From IMG/VR virus record IMGVR_UViG_3300030060_004796, positions 1-64,000 of that record: a DNA stretch of 64,000 bases; one strand, written 5' to 3'. This DNA is from a virus. The notes under the pieces were generated by a model. It had not been told where the DNA came from. It saw nothing but the letters and a program-made list of their open reading frames with translations, and made no database searches. Each line of letters begins with the position of its first letter. The first letter of the stretch is position 1. A program made the translations under genes and the position numbers. Shown in pieces: positions 38,021 to 50,400 of this stretch.

Positions 38021-41000
38021 ATGGCAACTTATATAAAAGGAGTAACGGATTATATACCTGTCTTGGAAGCATTCAAGCCAGACTATAAGTTCTTATCTGA
38101 TGTTTTAACAGTTAGGCAGGACAGGTATGATACAAACTATAAACAATTAAATAACTTATATAGTAAAGTTGTTCATGCACCATTATCTAGAGAGGATAAT
38201 CAAGAACAAAGAGAACAATATGCTAATACATTAAGTAACGGTTTAAAACAAGTATCAGGATTAGATCTATCATTACAACAAAATGTAGATGTTGCTAAAG
38301 GATTATTTAAACCATTCTTTGAAGATAAAGCAGTGGTGAAAGATATGGCTTTTACAAAATCATATCAAAAACAAATGCAACAAGCTAATACATTTATGAC
38401 ATCATCAAGTGAAAAGATGAGAGATAAGTATTGGCAAATAGGTGTACAAGACCTTAAGTATCAAATGGATGACTTTAAAAACAAAGATGCTAATTGGGCA
38501 TTGTCAGCTCCTATGCCTGCTTATGTTGAGAATCCTAATATATATGAAAGATCATTTGAATCATTAAAAGATAGTGGTCTTAAAATTAAACAAACTACAC
38601 TTGAGGGTGATTGGATTATAACTACACAAAATGGTACAGCTTTAACTAGACAAATTGTAGGGTATGAAAAAGGTGAAGATGGAAAGTTAGATCCAAATAA
38701 ACCTATAATTAGAAATCCTGCTGGTGAACACTTAAAGAATACTGTAATGAAAGACCCTATTGTTACTAGAGGTCTTTTAACAGAAGCTAAAGTAAAAGGA
38801 AGACAGTTCTCAGAAGATCCTGCAAACATACAAAAGTATGGAAGTTCTGAAAAAGCATTAGAATTTTGGGCTCAAGATATATTATCAACACAAACAAAAA
38901 AGGATCAAGAAGATCTTGTTGTTGCAGAACAAGAGGTGAAGTCTGAAAGTATAGCTGCAAGAAACTGGGAAAACTATAAGAAAAAGCATGGTATTATACC
39001 AGGTACACCTGAAGATGAGATGTACTTAAAAGCAATGTTTAATAAACAATTAGTTGTACAAAATAGAGATGCTTTAAAAAGTAGAGTTACAAATCAAAAG
39101 GGTCCAGCATCTGATATGGATCAACTTTTAAATAAAGCATATGCAGCTTATATGGGTAGTGTTATGGGACCTAAAATGACACAAGCTGCAATAGCTTATA
39201 GTCAAATAGATGCAGAACAAACGTTTGAAGCTAATCCATTTAAGAAAATGGAGTATCAACATAGATTTGATCTTAATAAAATGGCTATTCAGTATCAATA
39301 TGATATAGGTAAAATACAAGCTAGACATATTGCTGATATGGAGTTACAACAATTAAAAAATCAAGGAGCAGGATTAGGTGGTAATGATTTAGCAGGTATG
39401 TTAGGTATTACTGGAGGCATGCAAACAAAAGATGGTGATGCAAATATAAGTGGTAGTTTAGCAGGTGTTGATATAGATGGAGATGGTGAGATAGATGATG
39501 ATGAAAGATCATGGGTAGACGTGTTTGCTCAAAATCAAAATGATTTAACACAACTATTAAATTCAGCTGATCAAGCTGATATTTCATTTGTAGAAAAACT
39601 AATAGCTTCAAATTCAGATGACATGGTAGGTGTTGGAGGTTATTTAGGAGGTGGTCAAATTAAATACACCTACTACAAAGATGCAACTAGTGAAGGTGTA
39701 GAAAAAACAGCTGATATTGCTACAGCATTTTCAGATTTAACTGATCAAAGTAATGCAGGGTATCAAAGAAATTCTCTAGAGTTTGGAAGAATAGTTAAGA
39801 ATGTTAGAGGTAAATATGAAAACATTATACAATTAGAAGATGGTTCTGCATTAAATTATGATTTAGCAAACTTAAATATGGATTATGGTAATGCTGCACA
39901 AATTCATGAATTATATAATTCAACTAAAAATACAAGAACAAGAATAAATGAAAAGGTTGAAGAAATGAATAATGTTTATAAAACTGTTCAGGATTATCAA
40001 CTTACAAAAGATAAAAAAATATTTGCAGGTGGTAGTTATGGATATGTTGAAAATACACACCCACCAGTTCTTCTCACACAAGGTCAAATAGATATGCTAA
40101 ATAAAGGTGTAATGTGGCATGATGTAAAATATGCTTCAGACAATGGAAATATTAAAGAACCAGTTCTTGATGGTAGTGGACAACCTGTATACAGAAGAGT
40201 TTCAGAAGATGAGTATGCTACAATATTTGCTAATATGATGAATTTACAGACACATCAAAGAAACCAACTTATAGGTGGTTCACAAGATAGAGATGATCAT
40301 GAATTTTTAGTTTATGAAAATAGAGGTTTACTTGATGACTATGAAACAGAAGCTGAAAAATATTGGAATGTAGACTATGTATCATTAGCAGGTTCAGGTC
40401 AACAAGTAATGGATATGGAAGATCTAGATACTGAATGGCAATTTGACCGTGAAAAAGCATTAAAAGATGGTAGAAAAAAATACGAAACATTAAATAATGG
40501 TTTAAATGCTATTATGAGTGATAAAGGTGCTGCTGGAAGAGGGCAGACATATGATTTAAGAGCTGAGATTATTGGTCAAGAAATTACAGGTGCACCAGGA
40601 GAAACTGCATACAATCAATATACATCAGTATTTGATCCTGCTTCACCAAGTCAAGTTTCAATTGGACAACTAAGGTCATTGATTTTTGGAATGAATAACA
40701 CACCAAATCAGAATGTACTTAAAACTATTAGTATTGGTGATAATAGAACTCTCACTACAGCTGAGATAGGACACGGTAAAGATGCTGAATATGGTAATGT
40801 ATTAGCTCAAAAAATATATGATAAGTATATTGAAAGCTTAGTTACTAATAAGACAGATAAAACACAAGGAAGACCTTTTGTTGGCATATCATACGTAGAA
40901 AAAGTTAGTGGACCAGAACAACCAGATGATGAAAGAGTAGCTGGTTATCATTTAAATTTTGGAGCAGATTATGCTAATACTTTTAAAGGAATGTTTGTTA

Positions 41001-41437
41001 CATCTGATGGTAAACATGATGCAAAAGGTTTTGCTAACTTCTTACAAAATGGTATAACTATAACTCTTCCACAAGATAAAGATATTAATCCTTATAAATC
41101 TACTAATCAATTATTATCATTTACTGACTTAGCAATTAAAGATGAAGGTAATTACACAAGTACTCCTATTCTTAATGGTGGTCATTATACTATCTATAAA
41201 AACTCACAAGGTCAGTATGTACAAGAAACAACTACTTACTTATTTGATGATAATACAGGAGGTATACCAGCACAAACAACAGTTAGTCAGGTACTGCCTG
41301 TAGATCCTAGTCAATTAGACATGTTAGTTATTAATATGGATGAACGTTTATTTCAACTTCAAAAGCAAAATCTTAATAAGAAAGCTGCGTGGGAGAAAAA
41401 AAATAAAGGTAAGACAGAACCTAATAATGCTCAATAA
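38021..41437 (+). CDS. Internal cargo / ejection protein
   Basis: 1138 aa, no Cys, helical N-terminus; lies directly before the virion RNAP as in crAss-like phages; EF-hand-type loop at 39470. Confidence 0.6.
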   Translation: MATYIKGVTDYIPVLEAFKPDYKFLSDVLTVRQDRYDTNYKQLNNLYSKVVHAPLSREDNQEQREQYANTLSNGLKQVSGLDLSLQQNVDVAKGLFKPFFEDKAVVKDMAFTKSYQKQMQQANTFMTSSSEKMRDKYWQIGVQDLKYQMDDFKNKDANWALSAPMPAYVENPNIYERSFESLKDSGLKIKQTTLEGDWIITTQNGTALTRQIVGYEKGEDGKLDPNKPIIRNPAGEHLKNTVMKDPIVTRGLLTEAKVKGRQFSEDPANIQKYGSSEKALEFWAQDILSTQTKKDQEDLVVAEQEVKSESIAARNWENYKKKHGIIPGTPEDEMYLKAMFNKQLVVQNRDALKSRVTNQKGPASDMDQLLNKAYAAYMGSVMGPKMTQAAIAYSQIDAEQTFEANPFKKMEYQHRFDLNKMAIQYQYDIGKIQARHIADMELQQLKNQGAGLGGNDLAGMLGITGGMQTKDGDANISGSLAGVDIDGDGEIDDDERSWVDVFAQNQNDLTQLLNSADQADISFVEKLIASNSDDMVGVGGYLGGGQIKYTYYKDATSEGVEKTADIATAFSDLTDQSNAGYQRNSLEFGRIVKNVRGKYENIIQLEDGSALNYDLANLNMDYGNAAQIHELYNSTKNTRTRINEKVEEMNNVYKTVQDYQLTKDKKIFAGGSYGYVENTHPPVLLTQGQIDMLNKGVMWHDVKYASDNGNIKEPVLDGSGQPVYRRVSEDEYATIFANMMNLQTHQRNQLIGGSQDRDDHEFLVYENRGLLDDYETEAEKYWNVDYVSLAGSGQQVMDMEDLDTEWQFDREKALKDGRKKYETLNNGLNAIMSDKGAAGRGQTYDLRAEIIGQEITGAPGETAYNQYTSVFDPASPSQVSIGQLRSLIFGMNNTPNQNVLKTISIGDNRTLTTAEIGHGKDAEYGNVLAQKIYDKYIESLVTNKTDKTQGRPFVGISYVEKVSGPEQPDDERVAGYHLNFGADYANTFKGMFVTSDGKHDAKGFANFLQNGITITLPQDKDINPYKSTNQLLSFTDLAIKDEGNYTSTPILNGGHYTIYKNSQGQYVQETTTYLFDDNTGGIPAQTTVSQVLPVDPSQLDMLVINMDERLFQLQKQNLNKKAAWEKKNKGKTEPNNAQ

Positions 41438-41448
41438 AAACCAACAGT

Positions 41449-44400
41449 ATGGCAGATCAAGAAAATTTTGATGCAAATGTAAATTCAACTGAGAATGCTT
41501 TGGATATGAATTCTATAGTTAATACTGATGATATGCAAGTACCATCATTTAACTCTGATATTGTAGACCAAGTACTTCCAGGAACTGATCATGTTATTCC
41601 AGAAGTTAAACCTTCTGTAGACATGGGCAATCCTGTGTATCCAGATATAGAAGGACCTGGTACAGGTATTGTAAACTTTGAAGAACCATATCCTGGAAAT
41701 TTTAATTATGATACAGAATTATTTGAAGATGTTGTAGATCAGGCTATTGAAATACAAGGAATGCCTAATCTAGAAATGAATCAGCCTTTCTTTGATATGA
41801 TTGACAGAGCAGCTATTGATATAGATAAATATCCAATCATGTTTTCAAATAATGACATGAATGCTGCTTATCCAGGAAGAGCTGGTACAGATTTTGATCC
41901 ATTTAGAACAAGTACAGGTATTCCAGATTTGAGTACACAAAACGGTATTAAAGCATTTTTATCTAGTGCAGTTGATGTAACAAAACAAATAAAAGGTCCA
42001 GATAAAACTCCAGGATATAGAGATCCTTTTCACTACAGTGCAAGAGACTATGACTTAGATAGATATTATAGACATCCTAGATTTTCTGATTTAGGATTCC
42101 ACCCTATGGCTGATAATGAAGCTTATTATCAAGCTAACTCTAGCAAGTGGGATAATTTTACAAGAACACGTAGTGCTTACATGGATATGTTTGGTCCAGC
42201 ATTTACTTCAGGATGGAGATCTATAGGTCAGATGTTTACAGGTGAAACTTTACAATCTGATATGATTGGAGCCATGGCTATGGATGATGCAATGAGAGTT
42301 GGTAGATCTACAAGTGGAGGAACACGTGGATTCTTTAATGATCTATTTCTTAATAGTGCATATACTATGGGTATTATATCAAGTATTGCTGTAGAAGAAT
42401 TAGCATTATTTGGAGCTGCGGCTTTACAAGGGGGTCTGAATCCTGCTGCTGATGCCGCACTTATTGGTAGAACTGGTATGAATATCGGTAGAGTTTTACA
42501 AGCAATAAAAAGAATGTTTACCGTAGGTGAACGGGGTGCTGCTGGTACTAGGATGCTTGCCAAAATGAGAAATCTTAATAATGTTAAAGCCTTTATGACA
42601 GCAGCAAAAGCTGGCGGAAAATCTACAGGTAGATTTTTTGCTCATGTATTTGGTCCAGAAACATTATATCAATATAAGAAATTTAAAACTGCTGCTAAAG
42701 CTGGTGATAATTTCACGCAAATGGCAAAAGCTGCAGGATATGCAGGTGGTTTATATAGGGACTTTAGAGCTATTAATTTAGCTTGGGCAGAATCTAAGAT
42801 GGAAGCCGGTCTTGTTGAAATGGAATTACAAAAATCACTCTATGAAGAAGTGATGGCTCTAAAGGATGGAGAAGATCCATCTGTAAAAGAAATGGAAATG
42901 ATTGTTAGTGATGCTAGAGCAGCAGCATTAACAACTTCACTTATTAATATGCCTATTATATATGCAAGTAATAAACTTGTATTAGATGGTGCATTAAGAG
43001 GATTTAAACCTTTAGGTAGGATAATGGATGAATCTTTATCTGGGCCATTTGGTAGAATACTGTTTAGAAAGGGTCTAAAGGAAAATCCATTTGTTGATAT
43101 GGGTAAGAAGTGGATTATTGGTGAGAATATGAGAAGAATGTGGAAGGCTGGTTTTAAAGCTAGTTGGAAACACATGGGTGCTACAGCATTAAGATATTCT
43201 ACAGCAAACTTTGCAGAAGGTATTCAGGAACTTGCACAAGAAGCTACATCACATGGTGTAAAATCTTACTTTACAAGTTTATATGATAGCCCAATGGGTA
43301 TAGCAAATGATGTTCATTTAGCACAAATGACACAAGCTCATCAAGCAGGTACAGAATCTATGTATGGTAATTATACACATACAGATAGAATATCAGGTAT
43401 GACAGCTGCAGAAGCTATTAGTAAAGGTGCAGCTTCACAATGGAGCGGTCAAGGTCTTCATACATTTATGTCAGGATTCTTAATGGGTGGAATTGTACAA
43501 GGTCCTCAAAGATTAATGTTTGATGTTACTCCAAATGTATTAAGATGGGGTAAGGACAAAGTGATGAAAACTACAGATTATGCTGACTATAGAGCTAAAA
43601 GAGATAAAGAAATAGGTAATGCGGTAGATACATTAAATAAAGTTTATGCAGATCCTAAGAAGTATTTTGACATAACTAAGTTAAATGCTATGACTCAGAA
43701 AGAGTTAAATAGTGCAATGTTTAAAGCAGCAGGAGCTGATGACATAACTAGCTTTATGGACTATAAAGATCATGGTGTCTTTAGTGCCTTATATACTGTA
43801 ATGGCTACAGGAAACTTAAATAACTTTACTGAACAACTTAAAGATTTTAAGAACTTAGATGACACAGCATTAAAAGAAGCTTTTAGTTCTGTTTCTTCTA
43901 CTCCAGAAAAAATTAGAGCACGTATTGATAAAATGCTTACTAGAGCAGAAGAAATCAAAAAAGGTTATAACAAAATGAAAGATGAATTTGTTAATCCTTT
44001 TAATCCTGATAGATATAAAAAAGATAGCAGATCATACCATGAAGAACAATTAAGACAAATAGCATTTGAGCATGCCAAGATGATGGCTATGTTTACGCAA
44101 ACAACTTTTGAACAATCATTAGAAAGAGCTAATGATATTTATAATACACTATCTTCTGATCCTGTACTAGGAAGTATTTCAGAGAGTGATATTAGAGCTT
44201 TGACAAGTAGAGAAGGTTTAGCAAAAGAAATAGCTCTATTAGAAAAAGAAGTAGAATTAGGTGCTAAAACAAAAGAAGAAAAAGAAATATTAGCTAGAAA
44301 GAAAAAGAAGTTAGAACTCCTTAAAAATTATTCTGAAATATTTAATGATTCAAGCAATCAAGCTTCAACCAACGGTCAAATGTATTCTGAATTATTTGAG

Positions 44401-47400
44401 ATGGATGGAAAAACATATAAAACAAAATCTATGAATATAGGTAGGTATGACAAAAGAAAGATGGGTAAATTAAAACCTGCATTTGTTGCATACCTACAAT
44501 TCTTAGCTGAAACAAATGATGATCTTGTTATTAATGATAAAATAATACCTACTTTAAAAAAGATTATAGACTTTGGATATTTAAAAGGTAGAGCTTCTGA
44601 TTATGCACAAGCTGCTAATGTTCTAATGAATCCTGGAAATCTGTATGAAATGACAGATAGATTAGCAGCCATAATGGGAGAAGCTTGGGAACAACATAAG
44701 AATAAAAATAATCTTACATTAAAACTTAAAAAATATCACGATCAAACAATACGTAGACAATTTCTAAAAGATCTTGCAGATGATATGATTCAACCTGATC
44801 CTGATCAAACAGTAGCATTCCTAGAAGAAGGTATAATGCCTACAGACTTTTATGATGGAACACCAGGCAGTGAGGGTTTAATAACTAAAAGTAGTGATCC
44901 ATTAAAGTGGGCAACTATAGAAGGACTTAAAGAAAACTATTATGAAGCAACTAAAGTAGATAAGGGTGAAACAACTGACGCTACTAAAGAAGAAAGAAGG
45001 CAGGCTGAGTCAGAAACTTCAGAAGGAACTCAAGCAGAACCTGACTTTGAAAGTGTTACAGGAAGAAGTAAATACCAACAGTTTCTACAAAAAGATAAAG
45101 ATACACGTGAGATTATAGAAAGAAAGTATAAAGAATATAAATCTACTTGGAATTCTGAGCAAGGTCCGCTTATGAGTAAGAATGAATGGGCTGCTTCACC
45201 ACAAGGTGGAAAAAATATTATAAAGTCTAGATATGAGTTAGATCAAATGTATCAAGCAGAACCTGCTGAAGTAAAAGATAAATATCCTACTCTAGAAGAT
45301 TGGATAATTGCAAATAAAAAGAATCCTTTAATTGCAGGAACAAACGGAATACTCACTAAAAATAATGTTGGTATTTCAGATGTATCTGTAAACTTATCTA
45401 AAGAAACAGGAGTACAAAGAGATAAACTTGATGGTAACCAAAAAGTAATTGCTACAGATAAGGCTACTGGATTAAGTGTTATTGAGGTAACTAACTATGA
45501 TGATAATAATAATAAAGATGTACAATATTATATATCAGATAAAGACCCACAAAATAGAGTTTGGAAAACCTATGAAAATCTAAACCCTAAAGGTAAACAA
45601 GTAATTAGATCTGGATATGTAAAAAAGACAGATGCAGTAAAAGCATATAATTATATATTAAGAAATATGCCTTCAGACACTGTGTTTGAATTTGGTAAGG
45701 ATGATCAAGGAATGCCTATTAAGTGGACAACTTCAGATATTGTACTTGACTCTGCAGATAATGAATATATTGTTAGATCTAATCCTAAGATGGTTAGAAG
45801 AAATAATAATCTTTATGTAGTACCAATTGGTAAAGCTAAAGCTAAAAAAGGAGAGGATGAAAGAGTTTATATAACAGAAGATGAATGGAGAACTCAAGGA
45901 TGGAAAAAGAAAGAAGAATCAAAACTTGATATAGGTACAACAATACAGAAACTTAGTTCATTTGAACCAGTTAAAATATATCCTTTTGACGGAAGTAAAG
46001 TATTATTTGGAAAGTTTAAAAATCATCCAGTACCAGAGGAAGGAGCAGAGTTGTCATTTGATGATGTTTTAAGGAGTTTATCAGAAGAGGATAGAAAAAA
46101 TATTACATTCCTAGTTGAAAAGAATCCAGCGTATGATCAATATTTGCAAGACTTAGAAAGTGGAAGTCTTCAGCCATATCAAGGTGATCCTAGATTTGAT
46201 CCAAATCCAGCTATACGTAAAGGACAAAATAAATATGAAGTTACTATAATGTTGGGTAATAGACCTATTGGTAAGATGATGGGTGTTGGGATAGCAACAT
46301 TAGTAGATCCTAAAACTGGACAAAAAATTGATGGACACAAAATAACTACAGAACAAACAGAAAGAATTTTCAGACTTAATGGTAGAGATGCAGCAGATGT
46401 AGCAGCAATGGTTAGAAGAAATTATGCAAAGGCTAATTTAATAACTAGAGAAATTGAAAATAGAATTGGAACTAAAAGTTCAACTGTAATTAAAATCAGT
46501 AGTTTACAAGATATTGAGTTAAATGTGTTACCTGGTTACACAGGATGGTATGTTGATAATGACAACAATCCTATTAATCCTAGATCTCCTGGTGCAAAAA
46601 AGAATGCTAAACGTGCTTCAACACCGTGGGCAGATATACCTCAATCATATAATAATTATGATGGTGAATTAATTATATATGACACAAAAAGATCAAGAGA
46701 TTCAGGAAGAAGATCTTCTACAAAAGTGTGGTCAATTGATCCAAGTAGTGCAAGAGGTAAAACAATATCTAATGAGATTACAAATTACATTCAGAAAAAA
46801 GGCTTATTATCTGTAGGTCAATTGGGATCAGGTAGATACTTACAGTTTGTGAAACTACCAAATGGTACAATTCATCATTTTGAATTAAAGTTAGATCCGC
46901 TATCAGAAGAAAGCTTAAATGATATTGCTGTTGATATTAAAAATAAACAACAGGAACTTATTGGTAAGGCATATAATGAAAAAGGAAAATTAAACAAAAA
47001 GCAAGCGGTACTTACAAGAGATAAAATTAACCAAGAACTAGCAGAATCTTTCTACATACTTTCAAATATTGTTGGGGATGATATAGAAATCTACTTTAAG
47101 GAAACAGGTGAGATGATGTTTAAAGTAGAAAGAGAAGATTCAAAAGTAACTATAGCTCTTGAAGAAAAATTCTTTGAACTTATCACAGATGGAAAAAGTT
47201 TAATAGAAACAATTAATAATGAGTTTAAAAGAGTGGAGGCAGATAAAGCAAAGAGAGATAAAAAGTTTAAGAAAACTAACTTTAATCTTACAATGGAAAG
47301 CTTTTCTCCATCTATACCAGCTAACTTAACTGATCCAACTCAACTTGTAGATTCTGGTGTTTCAGCAAGAGTTATAGCAACTGTGTCATGGGGACAATTA

Positions 47401-50400
47401 GCTGATATTAATTATACAAATGAAGTTAAGATTAAGGAAGAAATAAATGGTCCTAGTACAACAGGAGGTACAATGACACAAACAACTCCTTATGGAACAG
47501 AGCAAGGCCCAGAAGTACAGCTACCAAATACTACAAAAGAAAATGCTTATGAGATTCCAAAATCAAAGTTTACTATACCAGAAGTAACTAGTAATGAAGA
47601 TAGATTAGCATTAATAGAAGAAACTTTAACTGAAGACCATAAGCGTACAGTAGCTTTAATGCGTGAAAAAAATATTGCTCCAGAAAAAATAGAGAGTTTT
47701 ATATTTAGTAAAGCTAAAGAAACAGGTCAAGGAAATAATCTATTAGTGGATTTTGAAATGGAAGACATTTTAAATAATCCAAAAGAGTATAGTGAAGCAT
47801 TAGTAGTTAATGCTATGAGAAGAAGAATAGATGGAAGTAGTCCTATTAGTAGTGGTAGTGCTGAATCTAGAACAGCAGAAAATCTAGCAGAAATTAAACA
47901 AGATATACAACAAGGAGAACAGTTTAATAAAACTTTTAGTAATGAGAATGCTGCTGGTAGATATAGAGCTGGTGAAGGTTATGTAGCATTTCAAGGAAAA
48001 TATAGAACTGGTCAAATAGGATTGCGAAGATTGGCATATGAATCACTTATTGATTTAGGAATTCTTGAAGGTATTGACAATCTAACAGAAACTGAAATAA
48101 CAGATGAACTATGGGCAGAGTTAATGGAGCAAGAGTTTAAGAATCTTCCTGAAGGTATCTTAATGCCTATAAGAAGAAAGATTGCAAACTCTACACCACT
48201 TACACCAAGAGAAAGATTAATTATTGACGCATTAGAAAGTCAAGGTAAAAATATACTTGATGGAATAACTTCTGAAGAAGCTGCCACTCAAAAGAATGAA
48301 GATAATTTACAAGCAGAGTCAGGTAATCAAAATATATTAGATCAAATATCTAAAAAAAGAAATGAAATAGCTCAAGCTAAAGATAAAGTAGAAAGAGAAC
48401 TTACAGCTCAAATACAAAAAGCAAATCCAGAAATGTCTAAACCAGAAGTAGAAATTCAGGTTAATGAGATGATGGAGCAAGATGATGAGATTAAAAAGTT
48501 AAATACTGAATTAGCAAAATTACAATCTAAATTAGGGTATAAAATATTACCAGAATTTGATGGGAATGATGTTGAAAATATTGACAATTTTATAGACTGG
48601 GTTAAAAATAATTTACCAGAAGCTATTATGGTTGGTGATATTGATGATTTAGGTAGAAGATTAAAAGCTAATGGTGTAACTATTGGTGCGTTTGTTATGG
48701 AACTATCTAAGGTTTCTGGAGGAATAAAAGATCTTGTAGGTAAAGTATATGTAGGAAAACAATCTCCATTTAGATACCATGAGGCATTTCACGGTGTATT
48801 TAGAATGTTACTTACTGATGCTGAAATTAAAAAATATCTTGGTGTAGCTAAGAATGATGTACGTAAAAAAATGCAAAGCTCTAAAGGTTATGAAATACTA
48901 CCTGGAGTGTTTGTTAAAAATATGAATCAAGCTAGAATAACTCTAAGAGGTCTAGCAAAGTCATATGCTTTAATGGACAATGCAACATTAGATGAAAGAA
49001 TTTATGAAGAATATCTAGCTGATGAGTTTGAAAAATTCAAAACAAATCCAAGATCTTCTAAGGTAGGATCTGAAGTTAAAAGTTGGTTTACACGTTTATT
49101 AGAATGGATCAAAAATATTTTCTTAGGATATAACTCTTCAGAATTAAATGACTTATTTACAAGTATAGATTCTGGAAAATATAGAGAAGCAGGTATTCAA
49201 GAAAATGTATTTACAAGAGAAGCTATGCAAGAAATTGCTGAAGGAGGTGTAGTTACTTCAACAGCTTTGAAAGCAATTAGAAAAGGAGATCCTATTGAGT
49301 CAGTAAGGCCTACTGTTAGAAACGGGGTAGTAATTCCTGATGGAAGAACAATCTATATAAATAATTATTTTACAGCTAAAGAGACAAATGGAATAGTTGC
49401 AGAAATAGGAGCTATGTATCTCAATAGATTAGATACTCTTGCTGATGATCCTAATTTTACAGGAGAATACAATCCTTCAGCAATACTTGACCAAACAATA
49501 GATGAGTATATAGAAAGGTATAATTTTGCTAGAGCAACGGAAACTTCTGACGGAACTAAAAATTATTACTATGCTGGCAAAATAAATAGACAGACTAGAG
49601 AAAAATTAAATGAAAGATATAAGTCATTAAAGCAATATAAATCTGATGTTAAAGATTCTGTTACAGAATATCTAGAATTGTTTGATGAAGATGTTACATC
49701 TGAATTAGAAGTTTTAGAAAAAATTGATATGGATTCTGGAGGTCAAGTTAAGACAACAGAACAATATGAAAAAGATGCAAATGAAATAGGAGGATGGAAA
49801 TCATTAAGTAAAGGTGTACGTAAATTTCTTGCAACTACAACTAAAGAAGTGAAAGATGAGTTTACTGGAGAAATAGTTTCTGTTCCAGTTGATTATATTA
49901 CAGCATACAATGCGTTAATGAAATCTTTATCAGGTATGACTAATATACATAGTATGCTTGTTAAGTTAAAATTATTCTCAGAATCAAGTGAAGATGCAAG
50001 AGCAGTTATAGATGCAATCTTTACTAAAGCTAATCTTTCTAATATTACACTAGAGGATTTTATAAATGGAAATTATAAGCTTGATCAAGTAACTAATGAA
50101 GTTTTCTTCCAAGGTATTATAAAAGCATTTTCACAATTTAGAACGGATTATTATTATTTAGAAACAGATGTAGAAAAAGGACTTGTAAATATATTTAAAG
50201 CAAATCATAGAGATGATGCTCATACTCAAACTGATAAATGGCAAGGAAATTATACAAGTAAATTAGAGAATTTAAATACAAATCCTAATGCTCTTAGTGC
50301 TGCACAAGATCCTTGGGGTAGTATTGTATTTAATTCTAATAAAGAATCAATTAAAGAAGAAGAGTTAAATACAACATCAAAAAGAATTCAAAGACAAATA

